Assembly (NCBI GenBank): GCA_964247055.1
Contig: OZ176059.1
Coordinates: 3,348,001 to 3,412,000, forward strand
DNA: 64,000 nucleotides
DNA from: Paragordius varius
Taxonomy: Eukaryota; Animalia; Nematomorpha
Direction: 5' to 3'
In this document: in pieces, positions 25,234 through 40,900 of the stretch
Layout of the letters: every line of letters begins with the position of its first letter
Position numbering within the stretch: position 1 is the first letter of the stretch
Translations under genes and position numbers: made by a program
The notes under the pieces: generated by a model
What the model was told of the DNA's origin: nothing
The model's input: the letters and a program-made list of their open reading frames with translations, nothing else
The model's database searches: none

Positions 25234-28200
25234 AAAAAAAAATTTCTATAAAAAAAATTTAGAAAAATTAACAAATATTTATTTTTTTTATTTTAGAATT
25301 AAAAATAATTTAAATATTATATATTTTTTTATTATTTATATAATAAAAATTAAAAAAATTAAATAATTAATAAAAAAATTTTCAAATTTAAAAAAAAATT
25401 AAATAAATAATTAATTTTATTTTTTATAATTTTAGTAAAGCTGACATCTTATTGATTAAAGAGGAGAATTTTTAAATTTTTTAATTTTGTTATATTTTCA
25501 TTTTTTTTCAAGTTTTAAAGAAATATTTATTTAAAAAAAAATAAATAAATTATTTTTTATTTTTTAATTAATTTAAATAAAAAATTTATAATAAAAAATT
25601 TATTTAAAATTTTATATTTATTTTTTTTAGTAAAGCTGACATCTTATTGGTCAAAGAAAGGAGAATTAATTTAAAAAATAATAATTATTTTTTTATTTTT
25701 ATTAAATAATTATTATTTTTTCAATTTTTTGTTTTTTTATTATTTTTATTTTTAATTAAAAATAACGATGAAATCATAAAAAATATTTTTTATTTTTAAA
25801 ATTAATAAAATATTTATTTTTTTAATTTTATTTTATATAAATTAAAAAATAAATATTTTTTTAATTATTAATTTTTATATAATTTTTTATTTTTTTTAGT
25901 AAAGCTGACATCTAATTGATTAAAGAGAGAAGAATCTATAAATTTATTTAATTTTTTTATTTTTTCTGAAATTTTTCATTTTTTAATTCTATTTTTTTTA
26001 ATTTTTTTATTTTTTAATTTTTTAATAAATAAAAAATTTAAATAATTATTTATTTTTATTTTTTAATTTAAAATTTAATCTAAAGGATTATAAAAATATT
26101 TCAAAAAATTAAAAATTTTAAAAATTTTAAAAAATAAATATTATTTAATTTTTTTATATTAAAAATAAAATTATAATTTTTAAAATAAAATATAATTTAT
26201 ATTTTTAATTAAAAATTATATATTTTTTTTAATTTTTTTTAAATTTTTTCATTTTGTATTTTTTTTATTTTTTTTAAGTTTTAAATATTTTTTAATTATT
26301 TTAAATTTCTTAAATATTTTTTATAAAAAATAAATATTTAAAAATTTTTTTTTAAAAAAAATTATATTTTTAATTTTTAGTAAAGCTGACATCTTATTGG
26401 TTAAAGAAAGAAGAATTAAACCGGAATTTGTCATTCCAGATGATTTAATTGAAAATCCAAATCCGCAAATCGATTTTCCTGGAAATTTTGTAATTTTTTT
26501 TATAAATTTATAAAAAATTTAATATATTTTAAAATTGAAATTAATTATTTTTATAAAAAAAATAATATTTTCATTATTTTTTATTAAAATTAAAAAAAAT
26601 AAATAAAAAACAAAAAAAAACAAAAAAAATAAAAAAAATTGAAAATCCAAATCCGCTAATTAATTTTCCTGGAAATTTTTTAAAGATTTTTTATTTTTTA
26701 AAAAAATAAAAATTTATATTTTATTAAAATAATATTTTTTTCAAAAAAATAAAAAAAAATATATTTTTTTCAAAAAAATAATAATTTTCGTTAATTTTTA
26801 TTTAAATTAAAAAAATTTTTTAAAAAAAAACCAAAAAAATAAAACAAATAAAAATCAAAAAAAATGAAAAATTAAAAACAAAAATAATTAATAAAATTAA
26901 AAAAATTTATTTTTTATAAATTTTAATAGAATTAATTAATTTTAAATAAAAATTATTTAAAATTAAAATTTATGAAAAATAAATATTATCAAAAAAAATA
27001 AAAAAAATTAAAAATCAAATTGAAAATCCAAATCCGCAAATTAATTTTCCAGGAAATTTTGTAATTTTTTTTTATTTTTTAAAAAATTAAAAATTTAATT
27101 TTTCTAAAATTAATTTTTAATTTCAAATTTATTATAAAATTAAGAAAAATTAAAAAAAAGGAAAAAAATAAAAAAAATAAAAAAAAATCAAAAAACTAAA
27201 ATAAAATATTTAAAAAAAATTAAAAAATTTTTTTTATAAATTATAATCGAATTAAAAAATTTAAAAAAAATTAAAAATTTTTTTTTATAAATTTTAATCG
27301 AATTAATTAATTTTAATTAAAAATGATTATTTTAAATTAAAATTTTTGAATATTAAAAAAAATAAAAAAAAAATAAAAAATAACAAAAAATCAAAAAAAA
27401 TTTAAAATAAATTGAAAATCCAAATCCGCAAATTGATTTTCCTGGAAATTTTGTAATTTTTATTCGTTTTTTAAAATTAATTTTTATTTTTGAATAAAAT
27501 AATTTAATTTTTATAAAAATATATAATTTAATTTTTATTTTATAAAAATATATATTTATTAGTTTTATAAAAAATAATTATTTTGATTAATTTTTATAAA
27601 AATTAAATAAAAAACGAAAAAAAAATCCATAAATAATAATATAAAATATTAAAATAGTAAAAATTTTATAAAAAATCAATTAATTTTATAAAAAAACAAA
27701 ATATTATATTTATATTAATTTTTTTATATAAAAATAAAAAAAAAACGAAAAAATTGTAAATCCAAATCCGCGATTTTCCTGGAAATTTTGTAATTTTTTT
27801 TATAAATTTATAAAAAATATTAATATTTTTTAAAAAAATAATATTTTTTAAATTAAAATTAATTATTTTTATAAAAAAGTATTATTTTCATTATTTTTTA
27901 TTAAAATTAAAAAAAGTATTAAAAAAAACGAAAAAAAATTTCAAAAATTTCAAAAATAATCCTATTAAATATTTAAATAGTAAAAATTTTATAAAAAATT
28001 AATTAATTTTATAAAAAAAATAAATTATTATATTTATATTAATTTTTTATAAAAAAATTAAAAAAAAATAAAAAATTAAAAAATAAATTTTTTTATATAA
28101 ATTTTAATAGAATTAATTAATTTTAAATAATTTATTTAATTTTTTTTTCAAATTTATCTTAATTTTATTATTTTTTTATAATTATTTACTATTTTTTTAA

Positions 28201-31200
28201 CATTTTTAAATTAAAAAATAAAAAATTATAATTTTTTATATTTATTTTTTAAATAACTTATTTTAGAAAGAAAAATTTTTAATTTGATTATTTTGTTATT
28301 TTTTTGATTTTTTAATAATTTTTAATAAATTTTATTTTTTAGAAAATAAAAAAAAAGCTATAAATTTTATATATATATATAATTTATTTTTAGAAAAAAT
28401 AAAAGTAAATAAAATAAAATAAATTTAAATATTTTTTAAAATATTTATAAATTTAAATAATAAATAATATTTTTATTTAATTTTTATTTTTTTTTATTAA
28501 TTAAATTTTTTAGAGAAAACAAGAATTAATTTTCAGTCAAACCCAAAAACCAGATTTTTCCAGAAAAAACCGAACAGAAAAAAGTGAAAATCAGCTGATC
28601 GGGTCAGCTGGTGCTTCCCATCAAATTATTGTAAAATATTTTTTTAAATATTAATATTTTAATTTATTAAAAAAATATTATTTTATTTAAAAAATAAATT
28701 TATTTAAAAAATAATTTTAAAATATCTTATTATTTTATTTAAATTCATTAGAAATATTAAAATTAAATAAATATTTTTTTAAAATTGATTGTATTGTAAA
28801 ATATTTAATTTTATTTTTTTATTTTGATAATTTTATTTTTATTAATTTTATTTAATAATTTTATATTAATTTATTGAAAATATTTAAAAAAATATACTAT
28901 AAATATGTATTTTATTAAAAAATAAATTAATTATTTTGAAAATTGTATTTAAAATAAATTAATTTATTTTTAATTTTAGATTAAAATAAAATAAATAATT
29001 TTTATTATTTTATTTAATAATATTTTTTAAAAAAAATTAAAATTAAATATAATATATTTTCATTAAAAATATTATATTTATTTTATTTTTATTTATATTT
29101 TAAAAAAAATTATAAATAATCATTTTTTTATTTTTATTTATAAATATTAATTTTATTTAATAATTTTATTTTTCATTTATTTTTATTTACAAATATCAAT
29201 TTATGAAAAAATTAATTTTTTAATTATAAAAAAAATATTTTTTTTGGAAACAAAAAATATTATTATTTATTATTTTACTAAAATTTTAAAATAATATATT
29301 TTTACTTAAAAATAAATTATAAATTATTTTAAAATATTTATTATATTTAATATAAAAAAAATTGATTATTATTTCTTCTCAAAGAATTATATTTTTAAAA
29401 ATAAATATTATATTTTTATTATTCAATAATCTTATTTTTTATAAAATAAATTAGAAAAAAAATATTTTTTAATAGAAATATTATTTTTAATAAATATTTT
29501 TATTAAAAAATATTATTATGAAAATATATGTATTAATTTTAATAATTTTTTTTTTTATTTAAAAAAAAATTAAAAAATTAAATTTTAAAATAAAAATATT
29601 TATAAAAATATTATATTTTAAATATATAATGAGTTTAAAACATATATTTTGGAAATAAAAAATATTAATTTTATTAAATAAAAGATAATTATATTTTAAA
29701 AATTTATAACCAAATAAATATTTTATAGTAAAATAATTTTTTTTTAAAATTAAAATAATTAAATTTTTATATAATTTGAAAAAAATATTATTTTTATATT
29801 TAAATTTTTTTAATTTTTTAAAAATAATATTTATAAAAAAATATTATTTTAATTGAAAATATATTATAATTATTATTTTTTTATATTTATTTAAAAATAT
29901 TATTTTTATTTCAAATATATTATTATTTTTTATTTTTTAATATTTTTAATTATTTTTAATTTCAAAGTCACCAATCAAAAAGCAGAATTCTTCCCACGTG
30001 ACAGGAATTGGAAAAATTGATAAAAATGGTTTTATTATTTTTATTTTCTTAAATAAAAAACATTTAAAAAATTATTTTATTTAATTTAATAAAAAATATT
30101 TTTAATTTTTATATATTTTTTTTATTTAAAAAAATATATTTAAAAATTATTATATATATTTTAAAATAAATATTTTTAAATTATAATATTTTTTTAATTA
30201 TTAAAAATAATTAATTTTTTAAATTTCTTTAAATATTTTTTCATTTTAGTAATTTATTTTTTAAAATATTTTTTTTATAATTTATTTTAATTTAATTATA
30301 AAAATTAAAATATTTTTAAATAAAATATTTTTTAAATAATTTTTTGAATAAGTTAAGTTAAACATTTTTTAATTTTTGAAAATTTTTAAAAATATATATT
30401 TAAAATTAAAATTTTTTTTTAAAATTAAATAATTTTATTATTTATTATTTTTTTAATTTCGTAAAAAATATATATTTAAATATATTTAAACAAAAATTTT
30501 TAAATAATTTAAAAAAATTTAAAAAATATTAATTATTTTTTTTATTTTTTTTTTTTAATTTTATTTTTAAAAAAGAACATTAATTATATTTAATTAAAAT
30601 AATTATTTTAATATTGAAATTAATAAATTTTTTTAATCTTTTTTTTAATTTAAATATTTATTATTTAATAATTTAATTATTTATAAAAAAATATTTGAAA
30701 TATATTAGTAAAAAAAAATATTATTTAGATTATTAAAAATAATTATATAATTTTTTGATTAATATAATTTAATTATTTTATTAATTCTTAAAAATAATTT
30801 TTTTTATAAAAATATATTTTTTAGATCAATCTCCAGGATATTTCGGAAATGATGGATTTTTATTTCATTCTGCAGTAAAAAATTATTTTTTTATTTTTTT
30901 ATTATATTTTAAATTTTATTTATAATTTTTTAATTTTTATAAACAATATTAAAATAAATTACAAAAAATATTAAAATAAATTGAAAAAATAATTTATTTG
31001 TATTTTTTCTTTTAAAATATATAAATTAAAATAAATAAAAAAATATATTATTTAATTTTTTATAATTTTAAATTTTATAAAAATATATTTTATTGTAAAA
31101 ATTATTAGAAAAAATTAAAAAAAAATCTAATTATATTTTTATTAATTTTTTATAATTCTTTATTTTTTTATTTCTGTAAAAATATAATTTTAATTTTTAT

Positions 31201-34200
31201 CCAAAATATTTATAATAACTTTTTTTATTAATTTTTTATATTTTTTTCTCTAAATTTTTTATTCTTGAATTATATTTTATTTAATTTTTAATATAAAAAA
31301 TAAATTTAATATTAATAATTTTATATAATTTAATTATGAAAAAATTCTTATAAAAAAGATATATAAAAATAATTAAAAAGAAATAATTAACTTTTTTAAA
31401 AAATAACATTTTTATGTTTTTTTTATTTTTATTTAAAAAAAATACTTTTTTAATTATTTTTATAGTTTTCCCAATATGAACCACAACAGCTGATTTATTA
31501 AAATAAATTTTTAAAAATATATATAATATTTAAATAGTTTTAATATAAATTTTTTTAAAAAATATACAATTAATTTTTTATTAAAAAAAAATAAATATTA
31601 TATTTAAAAAATTTATTTTTCATAAAACATTTTTGAAATATTTTTTATAATTTTATTTTTTAAAAATTATTTTTTTCAAATATTAAATAAAAAACTTATT
31701 TTTTGTTAAATTTTATTAAAAATATATTTTTATTATAAAATATTTTATTTAAATAGTTTTCTTATTAAACAACAACAGCTGATAATAAATAATTTTATAA
31801 AATAAATATTATAATTTAAGGTATTTTTAATATTAAGTTTTTATATTTTATTTATAAAAATATATTTAAAAAAATTATTTTTTAAATTTTTTTATAAATT
31901 TTATTGAAAATATATTTAATTTTAAAAAATTATTATTTTTAATTTTTTTTTAAAAAATTATTATTTTTAATTTTTTTTTAAAAAATCTAATTAAATTTTA
32001 ATTTTTTTATAATATTTTTAATTAAATATTTTTAAATTATAATTTTTTATAATATTTTAAATTAATTAATTTATTTTAAAATTTTTATAAAAAGATATTT
32101 TTTTATAAAATATTTTTATTTTAATTAAATAGTATTCTCATTATGAAACAACAACAGCTGATTTTTAATAAAAATAAATATTATAATTTAAGGTATTTTT
32201 AGTATTAAATAATATTTTATATATTTAATAAAATAATTATTTTAAATTATTTTTATAAAAAATTATTTTTTATTAAATTATTTTTTTATTAAAATATTAC
32301 TTTTAAAAAAAATATTTCCTAAAATTCATTTTTAAAATAATTTTCTTTCGTAAAAAAACTACAGCTGATTTTTTTTAAAAAAAAATATATTTTTTAGTTT
32401 TTTTAAAAAAATATTAACTAAAAATATTTTTTTTATAAATATTTTTTTTATAAAATTTTATTTTTATAGTTTTCCCATTATGAAACAACAACAGCTGATA
32501 TTTATGGATCAGGTGATTCCAATCTTTACCGAATCGATAAAAGTGCTCATCAGCAGATTTCTAATCTAGAAAAATCTCAGAAAAAGTTATTTTATTTAAT
32601 TTTTTTTAAAAATTTTTAAAATTTAAAAAAATAATTATAATAAAAAAAATTAATTAATATAATTTATTTTTATATTGTTAATATATATATTAATAAAAAA
32701 ATAATTTAATATATATTTTCATATAAAAATAAAAAAATTAAAAAAGTAAAATAAATTAATTATTATAATTTGATTTATTTTTTCTGTTTAAAAATATATA
32801 AAATATATTTATAATTTTAAATAATAAAATTATTAATAAAAAAATAATATAATAGTTAATATATTTTTATATAAAAATAAAAAATAAAAATATAAAAAAA
32901 AGTGCTCATCAGCAGATTTCTAATTTGGAAAAATCTCAGAAAAAGTAATTTTTTTATTTTTTTTGAAAAAAATTATTTTTTCTAAATTCATTTAATTTTT
33001 ATTTTTTTATTTTTCAGAAAAAATTATTTTTCATATTTATATGATAATATTAAATTACATAAAAATTATTTATAATTAAAATACAATAAAAAATTATAAT
33101 CAAAATATAAGGAATTAAAAAAATAAAAAATAAAATTTAAAAAAAATTAAAAAATAATAATATCAGCTGTTTTTTAATAAAAATTATTATTTTTTAGCAT
33201 TTCTGTAAAAATAATTCCTGGGATTTTCATTTTTATTATTTTGTATATTTTTTGTTTTGTTAATTTAATAATTTTTTAATAAAAATTAGAAAAATTAAAA
33301 AAATTAAAAAATAAAAAAATAAAAATTAAAAAAAATTAAATAATTAAATAATTTTAAATCTATTAATCATCAGCTGATTTTTAAATAAACATTTAATATC
33401 AGTTGATTTTGTAATTTTAGCATTTCTGTAAAAATAATTCCTGGGATTATTTTTAATTTTTTATATAAAAAATATTATTTTAAATATTTTTTGTTATTTT
33501 TAGATAATTTAAGAATTTTTAAAATAAAAATAAATAACAATATATATATAAAAAAAATTAAAATAATTAAAAAATATTAAAATTAAAAAAATTAGAATAT
33601 TTTAAACAAAAATAAAATAAATTTTACCAAAACAAAAAGGTACTCAACAGCTGATATTTTAATAATTTTTTTTTTATTTTTAGCATTTCAGTAAAAATAA
33701 TTCCTGGGATTATTATTATTTTTTATTTTATTATAGTTTATTTTTTTATTTTTTTTTGTTAATTTAATAAATTGATTAAAAAAAATCAAAAAAATAAAAA
33801 TTAAAAAAATTTAAAAGAAATAAATAATAAAAAATAAAAATTTAATAAAAAAAATATATAAAAATTTGAAAAAAATAAAAAAATAATTTTTTTTATTATT
33901 TTTTAGTTATTTTAAATACAAAAAAAATTTAAAAATCAAAAAAAAAATTTAAATATTATTTATTTGATAATTAAAAAAATAAAAATTTAATATCAGCTGA
34001 TTTTATATTTTTAGCATTTCTATAAAAATAATTCCTGGGAAATAAAAAATCAAAAAAAAATTAAAAAATTTAATAAAATATTTAATATAATAAAAAATTA
34101 AAAAAAAATAAAACTTTAACATCAGCTGATTTTATATATTTAGTATATCTGTAAAAACAATTCCTGGTTTTTATTTTTATTTTATTAAAAATAAAAAAAA

Positions 34201-34588
34201 TAAATTAAAAATAAAAATAATTAAATAATTTTAAAATTAAAAAAAAATATTTTTATTTTTTATTATTCAATTTTTTTAAAAAAATATTTAATAAAAATAA
34301 AATTTAAAAAATTTAAATAAATTTAAAAAAAATTAAAAAATAATAATATCAGCTGTTTTTTAATTAAAAATTTTTATATTTTAGCATTTCAGTAAAAATA
34401 ATTCCTGGGATTTTCGTAAATCATTCTCAAGACGTTTATGGCATTGATGGAAGGAGAAGGCTGGATCAGCTGTTTCCATCAGCTGATTCTGAAAAAGTTT
34501 TATCATATGTGAACCGAACATCTAAAAGTAAGTGAAACAGCTGATATTTTAAAAAAATATTTTGGATATTTTTAAAAAAATTTGAAGC

Positions 34589-34632
<44 letters not shown>

Positions 34633-34966
34633 TAATTATATATTTTTTCATTTTTGTTAAATATATAAATAATTTTTTTAAAATTTTATAAAAATGTTAT
34701 TTATGTTAACCGAATATTAGTATGCAATACAACTGATACTATAAAATTTATTTTAAAAATAATTTTTGGTTTTAAAAATAATTTTAAGCAATCATAAATA
34801 TATTGATTAATATATAAATAATTTTGATTTTGATTTTTTTTTCGATGAAAAAATATTTTTTTATAAAAATTTATAATTTTCACTTGTTAACCGAACATCA
34901 AAAAGTAACTAAAAACAGCTGATATTTATTATAAATTTTATTTTAAATAAGTTTTTTAATATTTCA

Positions 34967-34999
<33 letters not shown>

Positions 35000-37900
35000 T
35001 TTTAATTTTGATTTTAATTTGTTTAAAAAAAAATAATTTAATAAAAAAATTTATATATATCTCATCTGAACCGAACATCAAAAAGTAACCGAACGAAACA
35101 GATGATGTTTGGAAAATATATAAATATTTTTTAAATATTATAATAATATATTTTAAAGCAATAATAAATATTTATATTTTGTTTATATTTCTAAATTGGT
35201 TAATATATAAATATATTTATTTTGATTTTTTATAGAAAAAATATTTTTTAAAAAAATTTTTTATTTCTTACATGTAAACCGAATTATGAAAAGTAAACAA
35301 AACAGCTGATTTTATAAAATATTTTTTAGAATAATTTAAATAAAATAAATTAAATCAATATTTTGAGTTAATATTTAAATATATTTTATCAATTTTTTAA
35401 GGGGAAAAGTTTAATTTTTTTAAATATATATATATATATATATATATATTCATATGTAAACAAAGATTAAATAATAAACGAAACAGCTGATATAATCCAA
35501 TTTTTGAAAATTTGTAGAAAAATTAAATAAAAAAATAATATTTAATTTTATATTTCAAAGTTAGAGTTAATATTTTAGTATTTTATAATTTATTTTTTTA
35601 ATAAAAGCATTAATTTTTTTTAAAAAATTTATATATCTATGTCATATGTAAACCCAATTAAAAAAATAAACACTGTTTATAAAAAATTTATTTTATTATT
35701 TTAATTTTTAAATTTATTATTAAATTAATAATTTTGAAAAAAAATTTTCTATAAAAGTTATTAAATTATAAATATTATTTTATTTTATTTTTTATTAATG
35801 ATATCTTAATTAAAAAAAAACACTATTTTATATTTTATTTAAATTATTTTATATGAAAAATTTATTTTTTAAAAATTATTTTAAATTAATTATAATATTT
35901 TAACCTTATTTTTTATAATAATTAAATTTATTTTTATAAGAGACATAAAATAAAATATATATTTATTACTAAATTGATAATATTTAAAAAAATGTTATTA
36001 ATAATATTATTAATATTTAAAATTATTATGAAATAATATTTAAATTATTTTTTTTTTAATTTTTTTTAATATTTTAAAATTATTTTATTTTTAAATAAAT
36101 TTTTAAAACAGCTGGAAATAATTCTGAGATGATTGGAGATTATGATATAATTGATAAATTCAATGAAGTCGAAACAGCTGTTCCCATCTTTATTGAACGA
36201 ACTGAGAAAGGTTTAATTTAAAAAAAAATAAAATTTAATTTTTTATTAGTTTTTTTATAATTTAATATTTTTTATATAAATTATCATTTAGTTTTATTTA
36301 TTAATTAATTATATATAAATTTATTGATTTATTTATTAATTTAATTTTTATTTTATTTAAATTTTTTATATAAAGTAAAGTTTTATAATTTTATTTATTA
36401 AAATTTTAATTATATATATATATATTTAATTTAAATTTTATATTATTATTTTTTATAATTTAATTTTTTTATAATTTTATTACTATTAAATAATAATTAT
36501 TTAATTAATTTTTTTTGATTTTTTTTATATTGTTTATATAAACTATTTAATAATTTAAATATTTTATTTATTAAAATTTTAATTATATATATATTTATTA
36601 ATTTAAATATTTTATTATTATTTTTTATAATATAAAATTTTAGTATTTTAAATATTTAATAATAATTATTTAATTATTTTTTCAAATTTTTTTAATAATT
36701 TATATTTTTAAATAAATTAAAATCTATTAATTTTCTATTTAATTAGATTAAAATATTTTTATTTTTATATTATAAATTCAATAATTAATAATTTTATTTT
36801 TATAAAAAATTTTAAATATTAATTATAAATTTATTTTTATACTATTATTTTGATTTGATTTATAATAAAATACTTTTTTGTATAATAAATTTAAATTTTT
36901 CTAATTTTATATTATAAATAATTTTAATCATTATATAATTTAAAATTATTATAATAGTAATTTTTTTTAAATAATTAATATATTATTTATTATATTTTAA
37001 AACAGCTGATAATCAGGTGATCGGCGAAAATAACATAGTTGACTTAACTGGAAAAGGTTATTAATACAATTTAATTTAATAATTATTATCAAAATTTTTA
37101 AAATAAAAAATATTATTAAAAATTAAAAATATTTAAAAAAAATTAAAAAATTATAAATTATAAATAAAATTTTAATATATTTGTTAAATTATTTTTTATT
37201 TTAGCAAAATTTAAATAATACAGTATTAGTATTTTATTATCATATTTATATATTTTATATTAAAGTTTTTTGATTTTTTATTAAATTTTTTTTTAAATAA
37301 AATTCAATATTAATTAATTATATTTAAATAATAATATAATTATTATAATAAATAAAATCTTTTATTAAATTAATTAATTTATTTTGATTCATTTAAAATA
37401 TATGTTTTTTATTTAATTTATATTTTTTATTTTTGAAATTTTATTTTATATTTATAAATTTTAATATTATTATATATAATGAAAAACTAAAATATATTAA
37501 ATAATTTTAATAAAAACATTAATTAATTAATTTTATTTAATAATTATTAATAAATATATTATTTTTTATATTTTAATAAATATATTATTTTTGATAAATT
37601 TTATAATAAATTTAATTTTTATTATTATTATTTTTTTTTAATCAGCTGAGCAGAATTTAATTAGTGGAGGGAAACATATGGAAATACAAACAGAAAAAAG
37701 TATTTTTAATTTTTATTATTAATTTTTAATTTTTTAATTTTTATTTTTTTTTTGTTTTTTTAATATATTTTTTATTTTTTTTTAATTTATTGATTTTTAA
37801 ATTTTTTTGATTCGTTTATATTTTTTTTTTCAAGTTTTTATTTTTTTGATTAATTTTTTTATATAAATTTATTTTAAAATAATCAATATTATTTAATTTT

Positions 37901-40900
37901 ATTTATCAAATTTATTTTATAAATATATTGCATTTTATTTTTTTTAATTTATTTTTATTTTAATTTTTTTTAATATTTTTATTTTTCTTTTATCAAATTT
38001 TAATTTTTTATATAAATAAATTTATATAATTATTTTTTATCTTATTATTTTTTTAATTTTAAAATTTTTTATTTTTTTATTTTATATATTTTATTTTATA
38101 TTTTTTTTATATTTTTAATTTTTATATATTTTTATTTTTTAGTTTATTTTTTTATTTATTTATTATTTTTTTATTATTTTTAATTTTCTTTATTCTAAAT
38201 TTGTAAATTCCTTTTAAATTTTGAGTTTTTATATTAATTTTATATTTTTAAATATTTTTTAATTTTTTTTAATTTATTTTATTTTAATTTTTTTATTTTT
38301 TTATTTTTTTAATTTTTTTAATTTTTTAATATTTTTTTATTATTTTTTATTTTTTTTTATTTTTTTATTTTTTTAATTTAATATTTTTTTATATTTATTT
38401 TTTTTATATTTATTATTTTATTTTTTTATTTAATATATTATTATTTTTTTATTTTTTTTTTATTTATTTTTATTTTTATTAATTTTATTTAATTTTATTA
38501 TATAATTTTATTTTTTTATTTTTATATTTTTTTATAGTTCAATTAGAAAAAAGCACAATTCCTTTTAATATTTGGAGGGAAACAGCTGATATTGGAAAAG
38601 ACATAAAAACAGATGTTTTAAAAGTTAATTTTTTTATTTTAATAAATTTAAATATTTTATTATATTATATTTATTTTATTCATTAATAAATTTAATTTTT
38701 ATATAAAAATAAATTATTTTATATAATTGAATATTTAATATTTTTAAATATTTTTTATCAATTAAAATTTTTAATTACCATTATAATTTATATTTTTCAT
38801 GATTTTTTAATATTTTTTTAATTTATAATAATTTTTATTTTTGGAAAAAATTAATTTTATATTTTTAATAATTTTTTTTTATAAATTTATTATTTTATAT
38901 TTTATTTTTTTCATAACAATCAGCTGATTGAGAAAAATACTACAGACGATTATAAACCGAAAACCCCAGAATTTGGAAAAGGTATTTTAAAATAAAATAA
39001 TAAAAAAATATTTTTTTTATTTTTTAAATTTCAATTTTTAAATTAAAAAAATATTTAAAATTTTTTTTTAAAAAAAATTATACAAATATTTTTATTAAAA
39101 ATAATAATTATCAGTTTTTTAATTAACATTTTAATATTTTTAATATTTTAAATTTTTTTAATAATTATTCAAAATAATACGATTTTATTTAATTCAATAA
39201 TTTTTAATTAACTAATTTTAATTAATAATTTTTAAATTTTTAATATTTATTTTTAAAATTTATAATATTTTATAAAATTTTTAAAATATTTCAAATTTTC
39301 AATTAAAAATATTATTATATAGATATTTTAATATTTATAAAAGAATAACATTATTTTATATTTTTGAAAATAAATAATTACATAATATTTAAATTTTTAA
39401 ATATAAAATATTATTCAATAATTTTTAATAATTAATAATTATTGAATTTAATTGTTTATTAAAAAGTTTAAATTTTAATATTTTTATATGTTTATTTAAA
39501 ATGATTAAAATAATTTTTTAATTATTTAATATTTGTATAATTATTATATTTTTAAAAATTATTTTTTTTTAAATTATTTTTTTAAAAATAAATAAATATT
39601 TTAAATTTAAAAATCTTTAAATAGATAAAATAATATTTATATTAAATATTTAAATAATTATTAAAAATAATATTTTTTAATTTTACATTTATTATTTTTT
39701 AAATAATTGTAATTAACTAAATAATTTTTAATTTTTAATATTTTTTATTATTTTTAAAAATATGATCAAATAAATAAATATATTTATATTTTTAAATATT
39801 TTAAAAAGATAATTAAATTATTTCTAAATTTTAAAAAAATAATTAATTATTTTATTTTAAACAAATTATATTTTAACAATTTTTTTTAAATTTTTTAATT
39901 TTTTATAATTAAAATTTTAATTAATTTTTGACAATATTTATCATTTTTAGAATAATAATATTTTCAAAAATAATTAATTTATTTTTTATAAAAAAAATTT
40001 TTTAAAAATAAAAAATTATTTTATTTTTTCTTTTTTTTATAATTTTTTTATTTATATTATAAATATATTTAAAAAATTCAATATTTTTTAAAAAATTATA
40101 TTTTTATAAAATAATTATATTTTATAAAAAAAATTAAATAAATATTTTTTAAGAAAATATATTTTTATAAAATATTATATAGTTACATCATATAAATTCT
40201 CTTTTGACCGCCATTTTGGAAATCAGCTGACGGAGAAACCAGAAAGTTCCACGAGGAAAATTGGTTTTTCAAATTTTAAATAAAATAATTTTTAATTTAA
40301 ATATTTTAAATATTAAATAATATGTTTTAAAAGATTAATATTTTAAAATTATTTTGTTAAAATAGTATTTTAAAATATTTTATTTTTTTATTTTTTAATT
40401 AATATGATTATAATTATTTTGTTGTTTAAAAATTTAATTTTTTATTTTTTATATAAACACATATTTTATTATACTAAAATAAATAATTTAAAATTTTTAT
40501 AATATTATAAAAAATATATTTTTATAATTTAATTTTTTTCAATTTAAAAATATATAAATAATATAATTTATATCAGAATGATAAAATAATAAATTTTATT
40601 TATTATTTTATTTATAATTTTTATTTTTTTTAAATATTTATAATATATTATTTTTAAATTTTAAAAATATAAAAAAAATAAAATAATATTTTAAATAAAA
40701 ATTAAAAAAATTTATCAAAGGTGTAGATAGCCAAAAATTTGATTTTGATGGAGGCCGCCATTTTGTCTTCCGCACGACGACAGTACAAGATTCGTCTACT
40801 CCAAGTAAAATATTTTTAAAAAATTTATTTTTAATTAATTTATTTTTTATTAAAAAACAGCTGTTTATTAATAATATAATTTAATAAATTTTAATATATA

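Noticed and set aside
31281-34883. Minus-strand ORFs 31281-31484 and 34701-34883
   Set aside because: AT-rich intronic chance ORFs overlapping echo repeats.
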